Shown here: positions 16,907-24,000 of the stretch, in pieces
Layout: the number at the start of each line of letters is the position of its first letter
Numbering within the stretch: the first letter of the stretch is position 1
Source: Stygiolobus sp. CP850M
GTDB lineage: Archaea > Thermoproteota > Thermoprotei_A > Sulfolobales > Sulfolobaceae
Length of the DNA stretch: 24,000 nt
Direction: 5' to 3'
Assembly (NCBI RefSeq): GCF_037389425.1
Contig: NZ_JBBHKR010000043.1
Coordinates: forward strand, 1 to 24,000
Notes under the pieces: generated by a model
Database searches by the model: none
The model's input: the letters and a program-made list of their open reading frames with translations, nothing else
Told to the model about the DNA's origin: nothing
Made by a program: the position numbers and the translations under genes

Positions 16907-16914
16907 TTTATAAA
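16907..16914 (-). promoter_or_regulatory. palindromic TATA box TTTATAAA, best placed for GAT-QueC
   Basis: Its centre is about 27 nt from the ATG at 16883 on the minus strand but only about 18 nt from the helicase ATG at 16928. It therefore probably serves the minus-strand gene. Confidence 0.45.
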
Positions 16915-16927
16915 GTTAGTGAGAAAA

Positions 16928-19165
16928 ATGTCACAAGACTATTTATTATCACGTGTCGAGGAAAGGCTTAGTTACTTCAACATAAAAATTGCACACGTAT
17001 ATACAGAAACAGCTCTAGAGCCCGACTTGGGAAGCGAAGTAGAACAATTAACTTACTTAGACACCCAACTAATAGAAGAACTGAAGAAAAAAGGAATAAA
17101 GAAACTTTACAAATTTCAAGAGGAAGCGATAAAAAAGATCCTAGAGGGAAAGAGTATCTTAATTATTTCTGGGACTGGAACGGGTAAAACCGAATCTTTC
17201 CTTATCCCAGCGTTACAGTTCGCACTAAACGGTAAGCGAAGCGTCTTTATCTACCCTACAAAGGCGTTAGCGAGAGACCAACTAGATAGGATTATGAAGT
17301 TTTCAAAAGACTTGGGAATTAATGTAGGGGTATTCGACGGAGACACTACCGATAAAGAGAGGGACAAGATGTATACAGACCCTCCTGATATACTAATTAC
17401 AAACCCAGACATGATACACATTGGACTTTCCTTGAGTTATAGGTTTAGAAGCTTGGTAAGAGGTGCGGACTTGCTCGTATTCGACGAGGTACATGCTTAC
17501 GAAGGGGTATTAGGAGCACATATAAGGATGATAAGCGATAGGTTGAGAGAGTTCGGCGATATTCAGATTGTAAGTTCTAGCGGGACTATTGACGCTTCTC
17601 CATATCTGTTTTCTGAGTTGTTTGGGATAGAAGGGGAAATAGTAAAGGGAACCCTCAGGAGAAAGGGGGTAGCGATCCACGCTTTACTTAACATAGGTTC
17701 AGCAAGCAGGTGGACGATCTCAGCATTCTTAGCTTCATTTCTAATAAAAGAAGGATTAAAGGTTTTAGTTTTTACAGATTCCCAACAAATGGCTGAGCTG
17801 GTCGCAAAGATAGCGTCTAGGTTCGGTGCTGACATAATGGTTCACAGGGCTGGAATCAGTAAGGAGGAAAGGAGAGCTGTAGAGGACGGAATCAAGAAGG
17901 GAAGAATTAAGGGAATTGTAGCTACTTCCACGTTGGAGTTAGGAATAGATATAGGAGACCTTGATGCTGTTATTATGGCACAAAATCCTCCCAGTTACAC
18001 AAAATACTTGCAGAGAGCTGGTAGGGCAGGTAGAAGAAACAGAATAGGTTACATTTTTACCTTACTTGGTGATGACCCGATAGACTCCTATTACTTGAGA
18101 AGACCTAAAGAGTTCTTCGAGAGAAAATTAATACCACTCACTTTCGACCCTACAAATATCGAAGTACTGAAAGTCCACGCGGCAGCATATCTACTCGAGA
18201 AGGGTAAATTATCAGTGAGCTCCATACCGTCTAACTGGCTTAAAGCGTTCAAACTATTGGAAAGGGAGGGTGTATTGATAATTAAAGGAGAGGTTATTTT
18301 ACCTACCCAAAGGCTTCTTCCCTTCGTGAGATCTTCACGTATAAGGACTACCGGACCTATCATAAGAATCTACGACGAGAGCGGAAAAGCTATCGGAGAG
18401 AGAGAATTACCGGTCGCATTATTCGACCTTTATCCAAGAGCGATCTACTTAATTTCCAAGCATAACTATGTAGTAGAGTCAATTGATTTAGATAAGCTCA
18501 AGGCTGTGGTTAAAAGAGTAAGAGATGACTTAGACTATTATACTAAGCCTATCTATTCTTCTCACCTAATGTCCATCGAGACTCTTGAGGAACGGAAAGT
18601 ATACGGTTTACCCGTAAAGTACGGGAATGTAAGGATCATGGAAATAGTTGAGGGCTACGCCATCTACGACCTAATGGGAAGGAAGGATAAACCTAGAGAG
18701 GAGATCTATTATAAGGAACCTATAACTTTCACTTACGAGACTAAAGGACTACTAATAAAACACCCTATCCTACCAGAATTCAATGAAATTGACGCCATGG
18801 AAGCATTCCACGCAACAGAGCACGTTCTGATATCAGCTGCTAAAGTCGTAGCTGGAGCTGGTATGACGGACTTATCGGGAATAAGTTACCCTAGTGGTCA
18901 CGTAGTCATTTACGACTCTGTAGTTGGAGGAAGTGGTGTAGCTAAGCTACTATTCGAAAGGCTAGAAGAGGCGTACTCAGTGGCTAAAGATATTACGGGT
19001 AGTTGCGATTGCGAGGACGGTTGTCCTAAATGCATTTACAGCCCGTTTTGCGGAAACAACAATAAGGTTTTATCGAGGAGGAAGTCCTTTAGGTTAATAA
19101 AGACGATAACTGAAGAAAGCTTAGAGGAGAAAAACGACGAATTATTCGGAAAACCTATTGCCTAA
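16928..19165 (+). CDS. DEVH-box superfamily-2 helicase with C-terminal DUF1998/MZB-type zinc-binding domain (COG1205, MrfA/Hrq1-like)
   Basis: Walker A (SGTGTGKTE), [18 protein letters not shown] and a C-terminal HATEH...[21 protein letters not shown] Cys cluster (nt 19004 onward) are present. The start could instead be the GTG at 16919. Confidence 0.85.
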   Translation: MSQDYLLSRVEERLSYFNIKIAHVYTETALEPDLGSEVEQLTYLDTQLIEELKKKGIKKLYKFQEEAIKKILEGKSILIISGTGTGKTESFLIPALQFALNGKRSVFIYPTKALARDQLDRIMKFSKDLGINVGVFDGDTTDKERDKMYTDPPDILITNPDMIHIGLSLSYRFRSLVRGADLLVFDEVHAYEGVLGAHIRMISDRLREFGDIQIVSSSGTIDASPYLFSELFGIEGEIVKGTLRRKGVAIHALLNIGSASRWTISAFLASFLIKEGLKVLVFTDSQQMAELVAKIASRFGADIMVHRAGISKEERRAVEDGIKKGRIKGIVATSTLELGIDIGDLDAVIMAQNPPSYTKYLQRAGRAGRRNRIGYIFTLLGDDPIDSYYLRRPKEFFERKLIPLTFDPTNIEVLKVHAAAYLLEKGKLSVSSIPSNWLKAFKLLEREGVLIIKGEVILPTQRLLPFVRSSRIRTTGPIIRIYDESGKAIGERELPVALFDLYPRAIYLISKHNYVVESIDLDKLKAVVKRVRDDLDYYTKPIYSSHLMSIETLEERKVYGLPVKYGNVRIMEIVEGYAIYDLMGRKDKPREEIYYKEPITFTYETKGLLIKHPILPEFNEIDAMEAFHATEHVLISAAKVVAGAGMTDLSGISYPSGHVVIYDSVVGGSGVAKLLFERLEEAYSVAKDITGSCDCEDGCPKCIYSPFCGNNNKVLSRRKSFRLIKTITEESLEEKNDELFGKPIA

Positions 19166-19677
19166 CTAGACAAGTTAGAAACCCTTGCAACAACGGATGG
19201 ATGAGTAGAAAATATATTAGAAGACTTATCTCCGTATCTTAGGAGAAGACTCCTCATCTCGTTAACTCCCACAACTTTACTTGCCAACTTGTCAGCTTGT
19301 AGTTCTAATTTCCTTTGTACATACCTTTGTATTAATAAACTACTCATTAGGAAAATCACGAGAAGGGGAAATTGGTTTAAAATGCCTAGTATAGTCCCTC
19401 CTGTGACTGTTACTACTAACAAAACCCTATTTATTAAGTAATGCCTCAACTCCATGTGTGCGAGTTCATGCGCTAGTACCGCTCTTATCTCATTTGGAGC
19501 TATTTCTAGAATTTTAGACGTTATTACTAGCTTATCTTTACCTAAGATAAACGCGTTTATCAGGTCGGAGTTTTTTACATACACCTTAATTCCACTAACA
19601 GTAAATACGTACTTGGAACCCAGTAACGGTAATCTCTCTGACAATAATAACAGAGGGAGTAAAGCGAAAATAATCAT
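19162..19677 (-). CDS. small membrane M48-like zinc metalloprotease (HtpX/Ste24-type motifs)
   Basis: [10 protein letters not shown] (HExxH), a downstream LELQADKLA, and THPSVVARV are present, with hydrophobic N-terminal and central segments. The product is 171 aa. Confidence 0.7.
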   Translation of the reverse strand: MIIFALLPLLLLSERLPLLGSKYVFTVSGIKVYVKNSDLINAFILGKDKLVITSKILEIAPNEIRAVLAHELAHMELRHYLINRVLLVVTVTGGTILGILNQFPLLVIFLMSSLLIQRYVQRKLELQADKLASKVVGVNEMRSLLLRYGDKSSNIFSTHPSVVARVSNLSS

Positions 19678-19771
19678 TTTTAACCTTTGATCCGCGGTAT
19701 TACTATTAATATTTTTACATATATGAAAATTTCAGAATTATGTTGCAACTTGACTAAATCTAAACGATGGG

Positions 19772-19779
19772 TTTAATAT
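19772..19779 (+). promoter_or_regulatory. TATA box for the Zn-dehydrogenase gene (leaderless)
   Basis: TTTAATAT is centred about 27 nt upstream of the ATG at 19802. Confidence 0.5.
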
Positions 19780-19801
19780 CTCTTTTACGATAGCATCATT
19801 A

Positions 19802-20821
19802 ATGAAGGCTGTAGTCCTCGAAAACGGAAAAGCTGTAATAAAAGAACTACCGAAACCTACGATAAAGGAGAAGGGAGACGTCATAGTAGAGATGAAAGCT
19901 TGCGGTCTTTGCGGGACAGACGTGGAAAAAATATGCGGGCAATACACCGCTTCCCAGCCCATTTTGGGACACGAACCTTCAGGAATAATAGAGGAATCTT
20001 CCGTAGATTTTTTACGTAAGGGACAGAGGGTTTTTGCACATCACCACGTCCCTTGTTATGAATGTTACTATTGCACGCACGGAAGCCCCACCATGTGCCC
20101 CTATTACAGAAAGACAAACCTCGATCCCGGTGGATTTGCAGAGTTCTTCAGAGTCCCTGCATGGAACGTAGTAAGGGGGGGAATATTAGTCTTACCAGAT
20201 AATGTGAGCTTTGATGAAGGGGCGTTTATAGAGCCGTTAGCTACAGTGGTAAGGGCTCAGAACAGAGTAAGGATTAACAAGGGAGATAGCGTACTGGTGA
20301 TAGGAGCGGGACCCATGGGATTACTTCACGTAATGATGGCTAAGGCACAAGGGGCAGGAACAGTGATAGCTTCTGACATAAGCGATTATAGAGTCGAGTA
20401 TGCAAGTAAAGTGGGGGCAGATTATTCACTAAATTCTAGGAAAGGTGATGTGGTCTCTGAAGTCAAGAAGTTGACTGACGGAAGAGGTGCTGACATCGCT
20501 ATAATAGCCTCTGGAGCACCTCAGGCCATACTTACCGGTCTCTTTGCCGTAAGAAAAGGGGGATACGTACTACTCTTCGGTGTTCCTTATAAGGGGACGG
20601 TTCTGAATTACGATATAAGTGAATTGTTAAACAGCGAGATCTCAATAATATCAAGTAACGCAGCAGTAGAAGAGGATACGAAGAAAGCGTTAGAGTTAAT
20701 AGCCCAAAAGAAAGTTGATGTGACGAAACTGATCACTCATAGATTACCACTTGATCAGTTCAACGAGGCCGTAAGGATAGCTAAAGAGGGCGAGGCCGTA
20801 AAGATAATAATATACGATTGA
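19802..20821 (+). CDS. zinc-dependent medium-chain alcohol/threonine/polyol dehydrogenase
   Basis: The catalytic Zn ligands (CGLCGTD, GHEPSG), the structural Zn cluster (CYECYYCTHGSPTMC) and an NAD-binding VIGAGPMG motif are present. Confidence 0.85.
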   Translation: MKAVVLENGKAVIKELPKPTIKEKGDVIVEMKACGLCGTDVEKICGQYTASQPILGHEPSGIIEESSVDFLRKGQRVFAHHHVPCYECYYCTHGSPTMCPYYRKTNLDPGGFAEFFRVPAWNVVRGGILVLPDNVSFDEGAFIEPLATVVRAQNRVRINKGDSVLVIGAGPMGLLHVMMAKAQGAGTVIASDISDYRVEYASKVGADYSLNSRKGDVVSEVKKLTDGRGADIAIIASGAPQAILTGLFAVRKGGYVLLFGVPYKGTVLNYDISELLNSEISIISSNAAVEEDTKKALELIAQKKVDVTKLITHRLPLDQFNEAVRIAKEGEAVKIIIYD

Positions 20822-21661
20822 GATAATCAAGAGATAAAGAGACAAAGTCAACTTGAACAATTTAAGAGCCCTTTTTAGATCGTTCTCAGTAGGCAAGTTA
20901 CCCTTTCCCACTGTATAATGTCCGGGTTTCTCTAGTTTTACGCCCAGGATTATTGCGGCTGCTGTTATTGGATATTTGGCATTAATACTCTCTATTTCAC
21001 TTCTTCTGATTTCCTTAAAAACTCCATTGACTTTGATCCCCATGAGATACGCCGAGATAACCATGAATAGAGACGTAAGTCTGGCAGGTATGTAGTTGAG
21101 CAATGTATCGACCTTAGCTGAGAACCAACCTTGTTTAATCAGTTCAGGCGTTTTATATCCAACCATAGAATCCATAGTATTAGAAAGTCGCTGTAACAAT
21201 GCACCCGGGAATCCCAGAAAAAGAAACCAGAATAGGGGAGAAGTTATTCCATCTACAAGGCTTTCAAATAGGGACTCTATCGCGGCTGAAATAACGTGTC
21301 CGTCATCGAGCTCGTATACATTTCTTCTTACTAACTGCTGTGTATATTTTCTGGACTCCTCGTTGACTGGAGCTGACTTTTTGACAAGTGTGTAGAGCAT
21401 TTTAATAGAAAAAGTAGTCTTTAAGAAGATTATAGCCAAAATTAACTTTACACTCGGTATTGGAATTAAAAAAACCAAGGAAAGCATAACAAGTATTGGC
21501 ATTACTGATACGAACCAAAGTAAAATTCCGTAAGCTTTACCTTTATAAGGAACGATTAATCTTTCAGAAATTTTTCCACTCCATACTACGGGATGAAGCC
21601 AAAGGGGCGGTTCACCTAGTGCAAGATCAAGAGCAATTGCAAGATAGAGAATTGGCAACAA
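20744..21661 (-). CDS. cbiB: adenosylcobinamide-phosphate synthase
   Basis: The N-terminal LDLALGEPPLWLHPVVW signature is present. The product is a polytopic membrane protein of 305 aa and sits next to cobS and cobQ. Confidence 0.85.
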   Translation of the reverse strand: MLPILYLAIALDLALGEPPLWLHPVVWSGKISERLIVPYKGKAYGILLWFVSVMPILVMLSLVFLIPIPSVKLILAIIFLKTTFSIKMLYTLVKKSAPVNEESRKYTQQLVRRNVYELDDGHVISAAIESLFESLVDGITSPLFWFLFLGFPGALLQRLSNTMDSMVGYKTPELIKQGWFSAKVDTLLNYIPARLTSLFMVISAYLMGIKVNGVFKEIRRSEIESINAKYPITAAAIILGVKLEKPGHYTVGKGNLPTENDLKRALKLFKLTLSLYLLIISIVYYYLYGLALFSYPYGLVELIKW

Positions 21662-22365
21662 ATCTTCTCCGCAACTAATAAGTAAATGGGAAAAGATAAA
21701 GTTATAACGAAACCCACGTAATCACCAGAAGACCCTTTCAGTGTCCTCTTACACAGAACGAAGAAGAAGACTGTCAATAATAAATAAGCAAGGAGTAGAG
21801 GTAAAGAGGAAAAGAGTAAAGCCTCTAATTGAATGAGTATAAACTTCCACCATTTACCGTTTAACTTATCGTAAAAGACCTTAGCTAAAAAGCTGCCTTC
21901 AATTGGTGGTAATAACGCTAAAATGGATATAGCAGACGCTCTACTTAGGACTTCTGCTGATAAAAGGGTAAAAACAGAAAGTTTTAGGTTTAATGTGGCT
22001 ACTACAAAGATTGTCACATAAACTAAAAGAAGACCTATTGCTCCGGATCCAGTTTGAACGTCATGTAACACCTTGAGTTTCTTTTGGTAGTCTTTAACCA
22101 TTAGAGCATCGCCGTAATCCAAGAGCCCGTCAAGATGATGAAAACCCCTTATTATCTCTACAAAGGGTATCAGGAGAAGGAACGCCGTATTTCCCAAAAA
22201 GAAATGGGAAATGTAGAGAAATATAAAGTCCAGAATACCAGTGAATGCCCCTACAATTAGTGGTGCGGTAAATGAAAACCCCGCGATCTCTTCCAAGGGA
22301 GCTGAAATAGAAGGGATAATTGTGAAAAAGGAAAGTTGAGCCAGAATCGCCTTAAATACCTTCAT
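21616..22365 (-). CDS. cobS: adenosylcobinamide-GDP ribazoletransferase (cobalamin synthase)
   Basis: LSFFTIIPS and HHLDGLLDYGDAL motifs are present in a multi-TM protein of 249 aa. Confidence 0.8.
   Translation of the reverse strand: MKVFKAILAQLSFFTIIPSISAPLEEIAGFSFTAPLIVGAFTGILDFIFLYISHFFLGNTAFLLLIPFVEIIRGFHHLDGLLDYGDALMVKDYQKKLKVLHDVQTGSGAIGLLLVYVTIFVVATLNLKLSVFTLLSAEVLSRASAISILALLPPIEGSFLAKVFYDKLNGKWWKFILIQLEALLFSSLPLLLAYLLLTVFFFVLCKRTLKGSSGDYVGFVITLSFPIYLLVAEKICCQFSILQLLLILH
22352..22358 (+). promoter_or_regulatory. TATA box for cobQ, embedded in the first codons of cobS
   Basis: TTAAATA is centred about 29 nt upstream of the ATG at 22384. It lies within minus-strand cobS codons 3-5. 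Confidence 0.4.
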
Positions 22366-22383
22366 CCTGATTATCTGATAAGT

Positions 22384-23769
22384 ATGGCTATTATAATTGC
22401 TTCTACGATGAGTGACTCGGGAAAATCTACTATAACCGCAGGTCTAGTAAGACTGTTTTCCGCTATCCCTTTTAAAGCCCAAAATATGTCATTGAACAGT
22501 TATCCTACATTAGACTACGGGGAAATAGCATTTATTCAAGCTTACCAAGCTATAGGCTCTGGATTAAGTCCCAAACGATATATGAACCCCATCCTCCTGA
22601 AACCGGACGGGAGAGGAATAGAAATAGTTTTTATGGGCCAACCTTTGGGTAGCTTCTCCGCGTCCTATTATTACGAACATTTTCTACCTAAAGCTTGGAT
22701 TCAAGTGAAGGAGTTAGTTAGGGATGAGATGGTAATTGAATCCGCAGGGGGCATCGAACCAAACTTTGTCGAAAAGGACATAACTGCTGTAAAACTTTCG
22801 AAAGAACTACAGATCCCAATTATATTAACCTTAGATATAGATAGAGGAGGAGCTTTTACCTCAGCATTAGGGGCTTATCTGACTTTACCTCAAGAAGTAA
22901 GAAAAAAGGTTAAGGGGTTCATTATAAACAAGTTCAGAGGGGAAGAAAAATACCTCGAACCTGCTATAAAGTGGTTGGAAGAAAAAACTGGAATGAGGTA
23001 TTTGGGCTACCTCCCGTTATTTGATGAGCCCCTTATAATGCCTGAGGATTCTATGAACGTCCGAAATTTAGGTGAAGGAGAACTCGATGTTGTGATAGTA
23101 TCTTATCCCTATATGAGTAATTTCAACGAATTCTACGCACTTAAGGACTCAAACGCGACAGTTAGGTTCATTAAAAGACCATCTGAAATTGCTAAAAGTG
23201 ATTTAGTAATTTTACCGGGGAGTAAAAACACGTTAGAAAGCTTAAAGTATCTAGTGGATAAAGGCTTCGTCGAAGTCCTCAAGAAAAAACAAGTCCTTGG
23301 AATTTGCGGTGGATTTCAGATCATGGGAAGGAAGCTGAAAGACCCATATAACGTGGAGATTAGCGAAGGAGAGGTAAATGGGCTCGGACTACTTGATGTG
23401 GAAACGATTTATGAGAGGGATAAGATCGTATCTTTATCAGAAACCGACTTGTCGGTAAACGGTTACGAAATAAGAAGGGGCAGAATCAAGTATTTGGACT
23501 ATGGAAAACCCTTGTTTATTATAACTAAAAGGGGTTTGAAGGAGGTAAATATACCGGACGGAGCTGAAAAAGATAATTACTTAGGTTACAGCATACACGG
23601 GTCGATGTTCTCAGAGGGGGGTAAAAAGCTCCTTAGGGAAAAATTCGGCGTAAAAATTAACACGAAAAGTTTCGAAGACGCAGTAAAAGACGAGGTCGAA
23701 AAATTGACTATTGTCATGAAAAAATACTTACATTTTGACGAAATAAGGGATATTTACTTAGGCAAGTAA
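22384..23769 (+). CDS. cobQ: cobyric acid synthase
   Basis: MAIIIASTMSDSGKSTITAGL (a CobQ/CobB-type P-loop) and a C-terminal GATase-1 domain with GICGGFQIMG are present. I chose the ATG at 22384 over the TTG at 22336. Confidence 0.85.
   Translation: MAIIIASTMSDSGKSTITAGLVRLFSAIPFKAQNMSLNSYPTLDYGEIAFIQAYQAIGSGLSPKRYMNPILLKPDGRGIEIVFMGQPLGSFSASYYYEHFLPKAWIQVKELVRDEMVIESAGGIEPNFVEKDITAVKLSKELQIPIILTLDIDRGGAFTSALGAYLTLPQEVRKKVKGFIINKFRGEEKYLEPAIKWLEEKTGMRYLGYLPLFDEPLIMPEDSMNVRNLGEGELDVVIVSYPYMSNFNEFYALKDSNATVRFIKRPSEIAKSDLVILPGSKNTLESLKYLVDKGFVEVLKKKQVLGICGGFQIMGRKLKDPYNVEISEGEVNGLGLLDVETIYERDKIVSLSETDLSVNGYEIRRGRIKYLDYGKPLFIITKRGLKEVNIPDGAEKDNYLGYSIHGSMFSEGGKKLLREKFGVKINTKSFEDAVKDEVEKLTIVMKKYLHFDEIRDIYLGK
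22390..22398 (-). promoter_or_regulatory. TATA box for cobS, embedded in the first codons of cobQ
   Basis: The minus strand reads AATTATAAT, centred about 29 nt upstream of the cobS ATG at 22365. It lies within cobQ codons 3-5. Confidence 0.4.
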
Positions 23770-23781
23770 ATAAATAGTAGG

Positions 23782-23789
23782 TTTTAATA
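23782..23789 (+). promoter_or_regulatory. TATA box for GMP synthase subunit B gene
   Basis: TTTTAATA is centred about 29 nt upstream of the ATG at 23815. Confidence 0.4.
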
Positions 23790-23814
23790 GGAAGTATTTT
23801 ACTCATTTATATAA

Positions 23815-24000
23815 ATGCTGTTTGATCCTGTCAAGTTCATTGAGGAAGTAAAACCACAATTAGAACAAATAGTAGATGGAAAAACTATAGCTGCTGTAAG
23901 TGGCGGAGTCGACAGTACCACTGCAGCTGCATTGGCCTATAGAATTCTTGGCGATAAGGTTATTCCCGTAATGATAGATACCGGATTCCTAAGAGAGAAA
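23815..24000 (+). CDS. guaA: GMP synthase, ATP-pyrophosphatase subunit B (N-terminal part only, cut by window edge)
   Basis: The translation is [62 protein letters not shown]. It has an SGGVDS PP-loop but no preceding GATase domain, as in archaeal split GMP synthase. Confidence 0.8.
   Translation, partial: MLFDPVKFIEEVKPQLEQIVDGKTIAAVSGGVDSTTAAALAYRILGDKVIPVMIDTGFLREK

Noticed and set aside
1121-21678. Many shorter ORFs in the supplied track lie antisense to, or in alternative frames of, the large genes. They are 1121-1429(-), 2579-2764(+), 2919-3110(-), 8302-8718(-), 11363-11599(-), 12633-12851(+), 12677-12889(+), 13125-13436(+), 13478-13726(+), 15879-16076(+), 17563-17835(-), 18091-18363(-), 19454-19690(+), 19738-19962(-), 19881-20117(-), 21096-21395(+) and 21496-21678(+).
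   Set aside because: Each is fully or largely nested in a longer ORF that has clear family motifs. Their translations are low-complexity, rich in Ser/Leu/Phe/Ile and carry no recognisable motif, as expected for shadow ORFs in AT-rich coding DNA.
2583-22383. N-terminal extensions in the ORF track that use TTG or GTG starts: 2583 for thiDN, 3776 for rbsK, 12261 for the Dpm1-like GT2, 16892 for GAT-QueC, 16919 for the helicase and 22336 for cobQ.
   Set aside because: In each case an in-frame ATG slightly downstream gives the canonical family N-terminus. Examples are MCSVSG with a Cys nucleophile, MITVVGS, MYGVVVPTYNE and MAIIIASTMSDSGKS. These ATGs also fit TATA spacing or stop-start coupling. 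The helicase start (16919 versus 16928) remains genuinely uncertain.
1-24000. I looked for CRISPR repeats, tRNA/rRNA genes, long direct or inverted repeats and complete IS elements in the intergenic spacers.
   Set aside because: The longest non-coding stretches are 124 nt (19678-19801) and 93 nt (4685-4777). Both are AT-rich promoter-like DNA with no cloverleaf-compatible GC stems or repeat-spacer periodicity. By-eye scanning cannot exclude short ncRNAs embedded in coding regions.

Overview
This 24 kb window looks like a very gene-dense core chromosomal segment of a low-GC crenarchaeon. By my coordinates only about 714 nt (about 3%) lie outside ORFs. A Sulfolobales-like origin is suggested by AT-rich TATA boxes centred about 27 nt upstream of many ATGs (leaderless mRNAs), a GAT-QueC fusion, a ThiD-ThiN fusion and a stand-alone GMP synthase ATP-pyrophosphatase subunit. 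I support 27 protein-coding genes, two of them cut by the window edges. They cover thiamine (thiDN) and ribokinase, late cobalamin assembly (cbiB, cobS, cobQ), archaeosine (GAT-QueC), glycosylation (two GT2 enzymes), peptidases, an HDAC-type deacetylase, an aminotransferase plus ornithine-cyclodeaminase-family pair, an orphan molybdenum-hydroxylase large subunit and small wHTH proteins. I saw no rRNA, tRNA, CRISPR array, complete IS element or long repeat, and I do not see a classical defence island. The most unusual item is a 274-aa hypercompact TnpB-like RuvC/zinc-ribbon protein (6226-7050). It has an apparently intact D-E-D triad, its own promoter, no transposon ends and no free downstream space for a guide RNA. 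Secondary candidates are a CRISPR-independent Cas4-family nuclease translationally coupled to a membrane processive glycosyltransferase (759-2554) and a DEVH helicase with a DUF1998-type Cys cluster that sits divergent to GAT-QueC (15492-19165). Architecturally, all six convergent gene junctions overlap, so no terminator space exists, and several divergent promoters are embedded in the neighbouring coding sequence. All functional calls come from motifs read by eye, and no database search was run.
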